From: an uncultured Acidobacteriota bacterium
GTDB lineage: Bacteria > Acidobacteriota > UBA6911
Length of the DNA: 64,000 nt
Direction: 5' to 3'
Assembly (NCBI GenBank): GCA_963843575.1
Contig: CAWJKZ010000015.1
Location: 160,001-224,000, forward strand
The notes beneath the pieces are model-generated. The model had not been told where the DNA came from. It made no database searches and saw only the letters and a program-made list of their open reading frames with translations. Below, in pieces: positions 39,404 to 49,712 of this stretch; within the stretch, counting starts at the first letter, position 1; each line of letters begins with the position of its first letter. The translations under genes and the position numbers were made by a program.

Positions 39404-41647
39404 TCAAGGCCTAGGCTCGTCGCTCCCCAGGGTGTCGAGCAGCTCCTTCCAGTCGAACCACGTCTGCTTGCCCCGGACATATTTCTCGAACCAGTTGAAC
39501 TCGGTCACCATCTTTACGAGCTGGTTGCGCGCGTCGGGGATGCCGTGAGTGGTTCCGGGGTAGACGAGGAATTCCGTCGGGACGCCGAGCTGCCGGAGCG
39601 CCATGTGGAGTTCCTCACTCTGCGGTCGAGGGACACGCGGATCGCCGTCAACGACGTGGATCAGGGTCGGGGTCCGGGCGTTTTTGATGTACTTGAGAGG
39701 GGAGACGTCCCAGTAGTGTTCGAAACGGTCGTAGGGCTTCCCCAGGTAGTAATACTCCCGCTGACGCTGCGTGTCGCTCTGGGCATACATCGACGTCCAG
39801 TTCATCGCGCCGGCCCCCGAGGAAATGGCCTTGAACCGGTTGGTGTGGGTCAGGATCCAGTTCGACCAGTGTCCCCCGGCGCTCCAGCCCATGACACCCA
39901 GCTTCTCCCCGTCCGCCAGCCCGCAGGCGACGAGGGCGTCGACCCCCGTCATGATGTCCTCGTATCCGCGGTTGAAGTAGTCACCCGCGATTTCCATCTT
40001 GAATTTCTCGCCGTAGTTTGTCGAGCCCCGGTAGTTGGGGAGCAGGCAGGCGTAACCGGCCGCCGCGAACACGTGCGGGTAGTAGCTGTAGCTCGCGTTG
40101 AAGCCCAGGGTCACGGCCCCTGCGGGCCCGCCGTGAATCTGGACGATCAGCGGGTAGCGTTTGCCGGCTTCGTACCCTACCGGCTTGACGAGCACTCCTT
40201 CGACGGTCGTTCCGTCCGACGACCGCCACTGGACGGTTTCGGTCGCCCCCAGGGCCAGGTCGCGGACCCGCGGGTTTGTGTCGGTGAGTTGTTTCCACGC
40301 GCGGCGGTTGCCCACCTGCTCGGGCGAGGCCACGGCGTACAGGTTCGACGGCGTATTCGGGTCGGAGTACTGGATCAGCCAGATGCCCGACTCCTCCTGC
40401 CGGGACACGGAGACGGTGCCCTGTTCTTTCGAGACCTGCCGGACCTTCCCGGTCTCGGTGGAGAGCGCAAACACCTGGGATGTAGCGCGCAACCCCGCGT
40501 TGAAGTAGATCGTCTTGCCGTCGTCCGACCACGGGCCGATGGTCACGTCGCCGTCGAAATCGGAGCCAATGGGCTTCCTCGGTCCCTCTCCGGCCGTGGA
40601 TCCCAGGTAGACTCGGTTGTTGCGGAAAAATGCGAAATCCGCGGCAGCATGAAAGGCGATCGCCGCGCCGTCGGGCGAGAAGCTCAGCCTGCTTTCGCCG
40701 ATGTCGGCGTTGTCGGTCACGCGTTCGATACGTCCGCCCGGACCGAGCAGGTAGAGATCCGCGTAGTCGTTCGCTTCGGCGACGGTGCGGCGATAGCGGT
40801 CTTTCGGGGTGCCGCGGAACCCGATCCACCTGGCGTCCCTCGAGACGGTAACGTCGCCGACGCTGTATTCCGGGCTCGATGTCAGCCGCCTTTCCTCTTC
40901 GCCCTGCAGTTCCAGCGCCCAAAGGTGGTCGAGCGGACGCTCCGGGTTTCTCAGCTGGGCGTTGAATTTCTGCTCCATGCGTCGTTCGTCATCCTGATCC
41001 CGGCTGTCGGGAGCGACAAAGAGGATGCGCCTGCTATCGGGCGAGAACTGCCACGACTTCACGCCCGTGGCGTGATGCGTCAGCTGTCGGGGGGCTTCCT
41101 GGTCGAGCGCGCCGGCCGGGACGATCCAGATCTGCCGGGACTCGGCTTTGCCGGCGGCAAATGCGAGCCACCGGCCGTCCCGGCTGAAGGAAAACGACGC
41201 GACCCCGTCCTTCGCTTCGCTGATCCTGCGTGCCTCGCCGCCGTCGGGGCGCATCGCGTAAAGCTGGTCCTGGTCTTCCGCGCCCGGGGGTGCCTCCCGG
41301 TTGGACAGGAAACAGAAATAGCTCCCGTCGCGCGCCCACGCCGGAGAGGTCTCGTTCTTCGCTTTGGTGAATGTCATCTGCCCGGTGGAGGAGGCCCCCG
41401 CTTCGATCGAGACCAAATAGACATCCGTGAAACTCTTGCCCACCTTCCAGTCGGGAACCCGCAGGGTGTACAGGAGCCGTCGATCGTCCGGGCTGACGGC
41501 AGTGGATTCGACCGTGCGCAGCGAGAGTACGTCCATGAAGGACATCGTCTTCCTGCCGCCGGGTGTCTGCGCGGCGCAGAACAGGGGCAGAAGTGAGGCA
41601 ACCAGGAGTATGATCCGGGGGATCCGGTACGTGCCGGTGAGATTCAT
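39404..41647 (-). CDS. S9-family (acylaminoacyl) peptidase
   Basis: Propeller repeats; IHGGP, PNYRGS, GWSAGG nucleophile, DPRVP and HG. Confidence 0.9.
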   Translation of the reverse strand: MNLTGTYRIPRIILLVASLLPLFCAAQTPGGRKTMSFMDVLSLRTVESTAVSPDDRRLLYTLRVPDWKVGKSFTDVYLVSIEAGASSTGQMTFTKAKNETSPAWARDGSYFCFLSNREAPPGAEDQDQLYAMRPDGGEARRISEAKDGVASFSFSRDGRWLAFAAGKAESRQIWIVPAGALDQEAPRQLTHHATGVKSWQFSPDSRRILFVAPDSRDQDDERRMEQKFNAQLRNPERPLDHLWALELQGEEERRLTSSPEYSVGDVTVSRDARWIGFRGTPKDRYRRTVAEANDYADLYLLGPGGRIERVTDNADIGESRLSFSPDGAAIAFHAAADFAFFRNNRVYLGSTAGEGPRKPIGSDFDGDVTIGPWSDDGKTIYFNAGLRATSQVFALSTETGKVRQVSKEQGTVSVSRQEESGIWLIQYSDPNTPSNLYAVASPEQVGNRRAWKQLTDTNPRVRDLALGATETVQWRSSDGTTVEGVLVKPVGYEAGKRYPLIVQIHGGPAGAVTLGFNASYSYYPHVFAAAGYACLLPNYRGSTNYGEKFKMEIAGDYFNRGYEDIMTGVDALVACGLADGEKLGVMGWSAGGHWSNWILTHTNRFKAISSGAGAMNWTSMYAQSDTQRQREYYYLGKPYDRFEHYWDVSPLKYIKNARTPTLIHVVDGDPRVPRPQSEELHMALRQLGVPTEFLVYPGTTHGIPDARNQLVKMVTEFNWFEKYVRGKQTWFDWKELLDTLGSDEPRP

Positions 41648-41756
41648 CGAGCTCTCCAGGACGTGCTGTGGTTTGTGCGATTCGAATATTATTCAGTGTG
41701 CCGCCGGCGTCAAACGGAATCGCGCCCGGCACGTGGAGGCACCGGGGACAAGGACT

Positions 41757-42341
41757 ATGGCCGAGATAGCTACAGACCCGATTGCCGGATTTCTGCAGGC
41801 CGTGCAGAGGGCGCAGGACGCCGGCGTCGACACCGCGCCGGCGGCGCTGGGGACCGCGGACGTGCGCGGGCGGCCGTCCGTCCGGATGGTCCTGGTCCGC
41901 CACGCCGACGCGCGCGGCTTCGTCTTCTACACGAACCATCTGAGCCGGAAGGCGCGCGACCTCACGTCCAACCCGCAGGCGGCCTTGTGCTTTCACTGGC
42001 CTGCCCTCGAGCAACAGATCCGTGCGGAGGGGCGCGTCGAGCGCCTGGGCCCGAGGGAGTCGGATGCCTACTTCGCCACCCGGCCGCGCGGCAGCCAGCT
42101 TGGTGCATGGGCGTCCGAACAGAGCGCGCCCCTGCCCGCCCGGGAGTTGCTGGACGAGCGCTATCGCGAAGTGGAGAGGCGGTTCGGTGCCGGGGACGTG
42201 CCTCGTCCACCGTTCTGGGGAGGGTACCGCCTGATTCCCGACCAGGTCGAGTTCTGGTACGGCCGGCCGGACCGGCTTCACGACCGCATCCTCTTCACAC
42301 GCCACGAAGCGGCCTGGCGCAAAGAGCGCCTCTACCCGTAA
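41757..42341 (+). CDS. pdxH: Pyridoxamine 5'-phosphate oxidase
   Basis: PSVRMVL, FYTN..SRK, SQLGAWASEQS, WGGYR and RLHDR motifs. Confidence 0.92.
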   Translation: MAEIATDPIAGFLQAVQRAQDAGVDTAPAALGTADVRGRPSVRMVLVRHADARGFVFYTNHLSRKARDLTSNPQAALCFHWPALEQQIRAEGRVERLGPRESDAYFATRPRGSQLGAWASEQSAPLPARELLDERYREVERRFGAGDVPRPPFWGGYRLIPDQVEFWYGRPDRLHDRILFTRHEAAWRKERLYP

Positions 42342-42381
42342 GGAACTTCGAGGTTCTTCGAGGCCTTCGGGTTTTGGTCTT

Positions 42382-43185
42382 TCAGTGGCTAAGCAGCAGG
42401 AGGCTTACCGCCATCACGCCCATCCCTGCGATCAGGCCGTAGGCCGCGAGGTGATGTTCGCCGTACTCGCGTGCCGTGGGGAGCAGTTCGTCGAGCGAAA
42501 TGAACACCATGATGCCGGCGATTACCCCTAGAACCACGCCGCGGACGCCGTTGCCGAAGTAGCGCACAAAAAAGAAGTAGCCCAGGAGGGCCCCCAGCGG
42601 CTCGGCCATGCCGGACAGGAAGGAATAGAGGAATGCCTTCCTGCGGCTGTTGGTCGCGTAGAAGACCGGCACCGCGACCGCGATCCCCTCCGGGATGTTG
42701 TGCAGGCTGATGGCCACGGCGATCGAGACCCCCAGGGTCCTGTCGCTGAGGGCGGAGACGAAAGTCGCGAGCCCCTCGGGGAAGTTGTGTACCGCGATGG
42801 CTACAGCCGAAAATACCCCCATCCGCATCAGTTGGCGGTTTCTGCCGTTTTCGCGGTCGATTTCCTCCACCATCCGGGTTTCGTGGGGGTTTTCGTAAGA
42901 GGGAACCAGACGGTCGATGGCCGCCGTCAGGGCGATGCCCCCGAAGAAGGCCGCGACGGTGGCCCAGGCGCCCGGGCGCGCTCCGAACTCGAGGCCCAGA
43001 GCAACCCGCGCCTCGGCCAGAATCTCGACGAACGAGACGTAGATCATCACGCCCGCGGAGAAGCCGAGCGCGATGGAGAGAAACCGGGTGTTGGTTCGGT
43101 GCGTGAAGAAGGCGAGGCAACTGCCGATCCCGGTCGCCAACCCGGCGATGAACGTGAGCATAAACGCGAACGACACGTGATTCAT
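42382..43185 (-). CDS. zupT: ZIP-family zinc transporter
   Basis: SAGVMIYVSF, HNFPEG, HNIPEG and DELLP motifs. Confidence 0.92.
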   Translation of the reverse strand: MNHVSFAFMLTFIAGLATGIGSCLAFFTHRTNTRFLSIALGFSAGVMIYVSFVEILAEARVALGLEFGARPGAWATVAAFFGGIALTAAIDRLVPSYENPHETRMVEEIDRENGRNRQLMRMGVFSAVAIAVHNFPEGLATFVSALSDRTLGVSIAVAISLHNIPEGIAVAVPVFYATNSRRKAFLYSFLSGMAEPLGALLGYFFFVRYFGNGVRGVVLGVIAGIMVFISLDELLPTAREYGEHHLAAYGLIAGMGVMAVSLLLLSH

Positions 43186-43313
43186 GCAGCCGACTATCCT
43201 GGTGAAGATCCCATCATATCAGATCCGGTCGATGCGGTTCGCCGTCAAGCCTCCCGACGCGGGCGCCCCGCCCGGTGAGTCAAAACCGGGGGAGGCTCAT
43301 GCGGTTCCCCGAG

Positions 43314-44232
43314 TCAATCGGGGACCTTCATGCGAACCTTGGAGCCTTTCTTTTCGGCCCAGCCGTTGAACTCCTGCATCATCTCCCTTGTCCACCGGCT
43401 GTCGATCTGCCCGGGGGTGTACTTCCCCTCGCGCAGCATCTGATGCCCCCATTCGTCCCTGAGCTGGACTAGTTCGGACGAGTCGGCGACCTTCTCGGCG
43501 AGCTGGGCGGGGATGAATGTGAGTCCCTCGGGATCGCTCACGACGACATCGCCCGGCATGACGGTCACCTGCCCGATCCGGATCGGGACATTGATGCCCA
43601 TCAGGGTCGCGTCCCGGAGCGCGGAAGGATCGAAGCCCCGAACGAAGCAGCGGAATCCGGCGATCTCGGATATGCCGGAGACGTCGCGCACCGCCCCATC
43701 GACGATCAGGCCCGTGCCGGTCTTGGAAGAGATCGAGGTCGCGAGGTTGTCGCCGGCGAAGGTTCCGTCCTTGATTTTGCCGTACAGGTCCACCACGAGG
43801 ACGTCGTTGCGCACGAGCGTATCGATGACCCAGGAGTTCTGTCCTCCCGCCTGGTTTCTCCCCTCCTTCTTGCCGTAGTCGGCGATGACCGCGTTCACGT
43901 CGGGGCGCAGCGGCATGAAAGCGGCCGTCACGACGCGTCCGACCAGGCGTTCCCCGGGGTTGACGACTGTGCCATCCACCCTCGAACTGGTAACGATACC
44001 CCGCCCCTTGCAGTACCCCCCAGGCTTCTTCGGCGGTGACGTTTTTCAGGCGCGCGAGCAGTTCGTCCGGAACCTTCGGGCGCCCGTCGGGGAAGCGTTC
44101 CCCCTTCCATTCGCGGGTGAATTCCTTGCGCTGCTCGGCCGACCACATACCCAGCTGGGCCTGGGCGGAACTCGCGCAGAGGAAAACCAGGATCAAAACA
44201 GGAAGTGCGGAACGGCAGCCGGATGCTCTCAT
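43314..44232 (-). CDS. Secreted RraA/HMG-aldolase-family protein, 1-nt insertion near 43971
   Basis: GERFPDGRPKV in one frame and GDNLAT, DGAVRD, PGDVVVSD in the next; TGGCACAGTC minus one C restores WTVVNP. Confidence 0.8.
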
Positions 44233-44315
44233 AGGGTCCCCCATTTCACAAACGGAGCGCCCAAGAATAACCCAGCTCGGCCGCCGACCGACAGACATAC
44301 TTCATTCCCCGGTAA

Positions 44316-44486
44316 ACAAGTGGGTCCGGGCTTCAGCCCGGACGCTGTTTGCGGTCGCTATGCAGGGCAGGTGGAATTCTATGGAACGGATTTAAAGACG
44401 TCCGGGCTGAAGCCTGGATCCACTTGCTATACGGGCAGGGCGGGCAGACCAACCGTTGGACAGCCTATTAAGCCCGGACCCACTTG
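44316..44486. repeat. REPIN-like element, family A, three arms
   Basis: ACAAGTGGGTCCGGGCTTCAGCCCGGAC...AGCCCGGACCCACTTG. Confidence 0.85.
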
Positions 44487-44550
44487 GTAGCTGGTCGAGT
44501 TTCGCTTGGGATTAATTGAGCCGTGGAGGATCTCGAAGTGTGTTGCGGGC

Positions 44551-44790
44551 AAAAAAAATGGTCGCTGCGACCCCGTTCCCTTGACCCGACGCTTTCGGAA
44601 CCCTCTTTCCCGCTGCCCGGGATCGAGTATCGGTCGAAAGTAGCTGGCCGTCACCAGAGCTTTCTTCCGGTGACACCTGCCGGCTTCGACGCCGGCCGGC
44701 TTCGACCTCCTAGCGCAACGAACAAACCTGTTAAGCCCGTCCGTCGCCCATCTGCCGGTGTTCAAGGGCCGCGTAAATCACAGCGACCAC
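44551..44790 (-). ncRNA. Candidate structured non-coding RNA of unknown family
   Basis: 5' and 3' ends pair (UGGUCGCUGUGAUUU with GGGUCGCAGCGACCA; CCCUUGA with UCAAGGG). Internal hairpins contain many G-U pairs that work only on the minus strand. Ends in U8. Confidence 0.6.
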
Positions 44791-44794
44791 AATC

Positions 44795-44823
44795 AATTTC
44801 TCAAATTAGTTCGCGGCCGTCAA
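44795..44823 (-). promoter_or_regulatory. Putative sigma70-type promoter for the ncRNA candidate
   Basis: TTGACG-N17-GAAATT with an AT-rich upstream tract; the predicted start (~44789) coincides with the first base-paired nucleotide. Confidence 0.4.
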
Positions 44824-44937
44824 CCGCCTTTATTTGTGAAAAAGATTTCCACAGGATATCCAGCCGCGGCCGCGCGACATGCGGCCCGCGCACCTTTTTT
44901 GATAGTTTCCATCCATGGAAACTACATTCCGCGCGCC

Positions 44938-46377
44938 TCAATAGGCGCGGGCGAAGATGGCTTTTTCCCGGGAGGGTTGCCCGCAGTAGATGCACGTTCC
45001 CTCGGCTGGTTCCTGCTCGAGGGGGATGCAGCGCGTGGTCGCCCTGGTCTCCTGCTTGATGTGTTCCTCGCACTGCGGGTTTCCGCACCAGAACGCGGAG
45101 GCGAATCCCGTCTCCACTGCGGTTTTGAACTCTTCGTAGTCGCGCGGCTCGCCGGTCCGCGAGGTGCGGAAGGCGAGGGCTCGGTCATAGAGCGCCTGCT
45201 GGATTTCGGCCAACAGTTTCCGGGTCGTGTCGCACACGTTCTCCTGCGCTACGAATGACTTGCCCTCCTTGCCGGGCTTGTCGCGGCGGGCGAGCACCAG
45301 GGTCCCTTTGGCGACGTCGCGCGGGCCGATTTCGACGCGCAGCGGGACGCCGCGCATTTCCCAGTCGTTGAACTTGAAGCCGGGGCTGGTCCCTTCGCGG
45401 TCGTCGATGCGGGTTCGTATCCCGGCGGACTGGAGTGCACCGAGGATCTTGCGGCCGGCTTCGAGGACCAGGGACTTCTCGGCGTCGGTCTTGAAGATGG
45501 GCACCACGATGGCCTGGATAGGGGCGAGTCGGGGCGGGAAGATCAGGCCCTGGTCGTCGCCGTGGACCATGATAATCGCACCGATGAAGCGCGTCGACAG
45601 CCCCCAGGAGGTCGTCCAGCAGAACTGCAGTTCGCCCTGGCGGTCCAGGTATCGGATTTCGAAAGCCTTTGCGAAGTTCTGCCCGAGGTTGTGCGAGGTC
45701 CCGGCCTGCAGCGCCTTGCCGTCGCCCATCATCGCTTCGATGGAGTACGTCTGATCCGCGCCGGCGAAGCGCTCTGAGGCGGACTTGCGTCCCGGGATGA
45801 CTGGGACGGCAGCCTCGTTCCGGGCGAAGTCGACGTATATGTCGAGCATCTGGCGGGTTTCGGCCTCGGCCTCGTCGAAGGTGGCGTGGGCGGTGTGCCC
45901 TTCCTGCCAATAAAATTCCAGCGTGCGCAGGAACAGCTTGGTGCGCAGCTCCCAGCGCACGACGCTGTTCCACTGGTTGATCAGGACGGGCAGGTCGCGG
46001 TAGGACTGGATCCACTTCGAGTAGGCGTGCCCGATGATGGTCTCGGAGGTTGGGCGCACGACCAGCGGCTCCTGCAGTTCCTCCCCGCCGCCGATCGTGA
46101 CCACCGCCAGTTCCGGGGAGAAGCCTTCCACGTGGGAACGCTCTTTTTCGATGAAGCTGCGGGGGATCAGCAGCGGGAAGGCGGCGTTGGAGTGGCCGGT
46201 TTCCTTGAACCGGCGATCGAGCGCCTGCTGTATGTTCTCCCACAGGGCCCAGCCGTACGGGCGCACGATCATGCAGCCGCGGACCGGGGCGTAGTCGGCC
46301 AGCTCGGCGCGCAGCACCAGCTGGTTGTACCATTCGGAAAAATCTTCGGATCGGGACGGCAGTTTCAGATCGGACAT
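44938..46377 (-). CDS. proS: Proline--tRNA ligase (archaeal/eukaryote-like type)
   Basis: VRPTSETII, FLRTLEFYWQEGHT, QAGTSHNLGQNF, TTSWGLSTR; C-terminal ARAY. Confidence 0.96.
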   Translation of the reverse strand: MSDLKLPSRSEDFSEWYNQLVLRAELADYAPVRGCMIVRPYGWALWENIQQALDRRFKETGHSNAAFPLLIPRSFIEKERSHVEGFSPELAVVTIGGGEELQEPLVVRPTSETIIGHAYSKWIQSYRDLPVLINQWNSVVRWELRTKLFLRTLEFYWQEGHTAHATFDEAEAETRQMLDIYVDFARNEAAVPVIPGRKSASERFAGADQTYSIEAMMGDGKALQAGTSHNLGQNFAKAFEIRYLDRQGELQFCWTTSWGLSTRFIGAIIMVHGDDQGLIFPPRLAPIQAIVVPIFKTDAEKSLVLEAGRKILGALQSAGIRTRIDDREGTSPGFKFNDWEMRGVPLRVEIGPRDVAKGTLVLARRDKPGKEGKSFVAQENVCDTTRKLLAEIQQALYDRALAFRTSRTGEPRDYEEFKTAVETGFASAFWCGNPQCEEHIKQETRATTRCIPLEQEPAEGTCIYCGQPSREKAIFARAY

Positions 46378-46500
46378 AGCGAAGAACCCTAACGAAAGCC
46401 GACCCCCCTGTCAACAAAGAGTATGTGCAACGTGTTGCGCGGACAGCGCCGCGCCGTTATCCTGTGGGGTCGATATTTCCAGCCTTGGGGGTGAGCCGCG

Positions 46501-46768
46501 GGAACGCGGATCTTTCCGGATTTTACGGATTCACGCGGATCGGCCGCGCCCGGCATTCCTCCCCGAGGGCCGGCGCTTCGCGCCGATGCATCAAAGCCCG
46601 GCTCCCGCAGGAAAGCGCGCGGTTGGAAGGATGCCGCTCGATTCAAGGTCCACGCTTTTCTGCGGGAGCCGGGCTTTGATGCGAGCCAAAGGCAGCCCTC
46701 GGGGAGGAATGCCGGGCGCGGCCTGCCACCAGGTAGAAGTCCGCGTGCATCCGCGCAAATCCGCGTCC
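46501..46768. repeat. Nested inverted-repeat (MITE-like) element
   Basis: 29-bp perfect IR (46542-46570 / 46695-46723) enclosing a 23-bp perfect IR (46588-46610 / 46660-46682), with outer ACGCGGAT / ATCCGCGT motifs. Confidence 0.75.
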
Positions 46769-46844
46769 TGGAAACGTTAGTGTATTTCTAAACACGAGTA
46801 CTTAGGGGCCTCGACGAATCTCAAAGCCCGATAGGGGGGACTGG

Positions 46845-48386
46845 ATGGGTACGACGCCGGGCGATTCCAAAGCGCGAGAAACAGGTGTGCTGGCGGCCCT
46901 GGCGGTTATGAACGTCGGCATCCACGTGGCGGCCATCGGTCGGTACGGCTACCATCGCGACGAGCTGTACTTTCTCGACTGCGCCTCGCACCTCGACTTC
47001 GGCTACGTCGACCACCCCCCTTTTCTCGAGTTCCTCCTCGCGCCGACGCGCTGGCTCCTGGGGGACTCGCTGACCGCCATCCGGGTTCCCGCGGTGCTGG
47101 CCTCGACGGCCGTCGTCCTGCTCACCGCCCGAATGGCGCGCGAGCTCGGGGGCGGGCCATTTGCCCAGCTGCTCGCCGGGCTGGCCGCCCTGCTGGCGCC
47201 GGTCTACCTGGTGACGTCGGGCATGATTTCGGTCGAAGGGATCAACACGCTGTTCTGGGTCCTGGCGCTGTACCTTATGCTCCTGATCGTGAAGCTCCCC
47301 ACCGGGCGCCGTTGGCTCACCCTGGGCGCGGTCTTTGGTGCCGGGCTGTTGACCAAGTACGCCATGGCATTCCTCGGCGCCGGCCTGGGCGTCGGATTGC
47401 TGCTGACCCGCGAGCGCAGGCTGGCCGCAAGCCGGTGGCCATGGCTGGCGGCGCTCGTGGCGTTCCTGCTGTTCCTGCCCAACCTCGTCTGGCAACGGGC
47501 ACACCAGTGGCCGTTCGTCTCCTACGCTCAGAAGATCCACGAACACATGATGCAGTGGATCCCGGTGCACTTCTACGTGCTGGCGCAGGTGTTTTTCATC
47601 GGGGTGGCGGGTTTTGCGCTGTCGCTGGCCGGGTTTTTCTGCCTGCTGTTCGTGCCGGGATTACGGCGTTTCCGTATGTTCGCGCTTGCGTTTGCCGCGA
47701 TACTGATCCTCCTGATGGTCGTGGGATCGAAGCCCTACTACCCCGCGCCGGCCTACACGATACTGCTGGCGGCCGGTGCCGTCGGCGCGGAGCGGCTGGC
47801 GGCCCGTCCAGGCTGGCGCCTCACGAAGCCGGCCGCCGTCGCGGCGCTCGGGCTCGCCGGGCTTATTCTGCTGCCCTATGCGTTGCCCGTGCTCCCGGTG
47901 GAACGGTTCCTGGCCTATTCCAGGGTCGTCCATCTGGATGCGGCGTTCACGTTCGAGACGGGACGGAAGCTACCCCTGCCGCAGCATTTCGCCGACATGT
48001 TCGGGTGGGAAAACCAGGTCGAGACGGTCGCCCGCGTCTACCGCAGCCTCGGCGCCGCTGAGCGGGCCAAGACCGTCATATACGCCGACAACTACGGGGA
48101 AGCGGGCGCGGTGAATCTCTTCGGCCGGAAATACGGGTTGCCACGTGCCGTTTCGGGGCACTTCAACTACTACTACTGGGGCCCCGGCCCCGACGACACG
48201 AAGGTAGTCATCACGCTGGGTGAGACGGACAAGTCCGCTCTTGTGCGGGGTTTCGGGGATGTGCAGCAGGCGGCGCTCATCACGCACCCGTACGCGATCT
48301 TTTACGAGAACATGATCCCGGTGTTTGTGTGCCGCAACCCCAGGCTGCCGATTCAGGAGCTCTGGCACCGCACCAAGTCGTTTTAG
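46845..48386 (+). CDS. GT-C membrane glycosyltransferase (GT39/ArnT-like)
   Basis: YHRDELYF, GYVDHPP, GLLTKY and NYGEAGA motifs; multiple TM segments. Confidence 0.82.
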   Translation: MGTTPGDSKARETGVLAALAVMNVGIHVAAIGRYGYHRDELYFLDCASHLDFGYVDHPPFLEFLLAPTRWLLGDSLTAIRVPAVLASTAVVLLTARMARELGGGPFAQLLAGLAALLAPVYLVTSGMISVEGINTLFWVLALYLMLLIVKLPTGRRWLTLGAVFGAGLLTKYAMAFLGAGLGVGLLLTRERRLAASRWPWLAALVAFLLFLPNLVWQRAHQWPFVSYAQKIHEHMMQWIPVHFYVLAQVFFIGVAGFALSLAGFFCLLFVPGLRRFRMFALAFAAILILLMVVGSKPYYPAPAYTILLAAGAVGAERLAARPGWRLTKPAAVAALGLAGLILLPYALPVLPVERFLAYSRVVHLDAAFTFETGRKLPLPQHFADMFGWENQVETVARVYRSLGAAERAKTVIYADNYGEAGAVNLFGRKYGLPRAVSGHFNYYYWGPGPDDTKVVITLGETDKSALVRGFGDVQQAALITHPYAIFYENMIPVFVCRNPRLPIQELWHRTKSF

Positions 48387-48410
48387 ACGGTTCGAAACGG
48401 ACGACGCGAC

Positions 48411-49700
48411 ATGGCATTGACTGGGACTCGCACCTTTGTCGGATTCGGCTTCGGGGCCATCCAGGCCGGACTGTTCCTGCACGAAGCCTACCTCTCCGGG
48501 GCTTTCCGGAATCTCGTGATTGCGGAAGTCCTGCCAGACCTGGTCCGGGCCATCCGCGGGTCGGGAGGGTGGGTCTCGGTTAATATCGCTCACGGCGACG
48601 GGGTGCGGGTTTCCCGCATCGGCCCTGTCGAAATGCTCGACCCGGCCTGCCCGAACGACAGGCTCCGGTTGATCGAGGTGCTCGCTGCTGCACAGGAAAT
48701 CGCCACCGCCGTGCCAAGCGTGCGTTATTACAGATCGGGGTTGCCGGGAAGCATCGACCGCATGCTGGCCGAGGGTTTGCGCCGCAAAGCGGAGCAGGCT
48801 GGGCCGCGGGCGATCGTCTACACGGCCGAGAACCACAACCACGCCGCCGAACTCCTGGAAGAGTCCGTGTTCGACGGTATCCCTGCTGCCGAGCGCGACG
48901 CGGTCCGCCCCAGCGTCTGTTTCCTCAATACCGTGATCGGGAAAATGAGCGGGATGGTCGGGGCGGCGGATCCCGGTGACGCGCCGCTCGCCACCATCAC
49001 CCCCGGGGCAGGACGGGCATTCCTGGTGGAGGCGTTCAACCGGATACTGATCTCGCGCATCCGGTTCGACCCGGCGGGACACGGACCGGGATTCCGGCGC
49101 GGGATCGAGGTGTTCGAGGAGAAAGACGACCTCATTCCCTTCGAAGAGGCGAAGCTGTTCGGCCACAACGCTACCCATGCGCTCGCCGCGTATGTCGCCG
49201 CGGTGCGAGGTCTGCGGCGCATCGCCGACCTGACGGAGTTCCCCGGGATCCTCCGCTTCGTCGAGGCGGCGTTCCTCGAGGAATCGGGCGAGGGATTGAT
49301 CCGGACGCACGCGGGCGTTGACCCGCTGTTCACCCGGAAAGGGTACCGCGCCTACGCCGAAGACCTTCTGCAGCGTATGACAAACCCGTTTCTGCGCGAC
49401 ACCGTGGAGCGGGTCGGACGGGACGCCGAGCGAAAACTCGGCTGGGACGACCGGTTGGTCGGGACCATGAGGATGGCGTTGCGGCAGGGGTTGGTTCCTG
49501 TAAGATACGCTCTGGGCACGGCCGCGGCCCTGGACGCGGCGGGCTGCGGACCAGAAACGGGCGCGTTCCTGGACAAGCTGTGGGCCGGTGCTTCACCGGA
49601 CGGTGCAGAGCGCGCCGCGGTTCTGGCGCTGGTCGAAGAAGCCCGCCGCCGGCTGCGTGCCTGGCGCGATTCCGGCTTCCCTCCGCTCGAACAGCCATAA
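48411..49700 (+). CDS. Mannitol-1-phosphate dehydrogenase-like oxidoreductase
   Basis: GFGFGAI, TAEN, KLFGHNATH and NPFLRDTVERVGRD..RKL..DDRL motifs. Confidence 0.8.
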   Translation: MALTGTRTFVGFGFGAIQAGLFLHEAYLSGAFRNLVIAEVLPDLVRAIRGSGGWVSVNIAHGDGVRVSRIGPVEMLDPACPNDRLRLIEVLAAAQEIATAVPSVRYYRSGLPGSIDRMLAEGLRRKAEQAGPRAIVYTAENHNHAAELLEESVFDGIPAAERDAVRPSVCFLNTVIGKMSGMVGAADPGDAPLATITPGAGRAFLVEAFNRILISRIRFDPAGHGPGFRRGIEVFEEKDDLIPFEEAKLFGHNATHALAAYVAAVRGLRRIADLTEFPGILRFVEAAFLEESGEGLIRTHAGVDPLFTRKGYRAYAEDLLQRMTNPFLRDTVERVGRDAERKLGWDDRLVGTMRMALRQGLVPVRYALGTAAALDAAGCGPETGAFLDKLWAGASPDGAERAAVLALVEEARRRLRAWRDSGFPPLEQP

Positions 49701-49712
49701 TGCGAGGATCAC

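Noticed and set aside
44825-44865. DnaA boxes / replication origin
   Set aside because: Only one or two imperfect boxes and no dnaA context; better explained as the upstream element of the ncRNA promoter.
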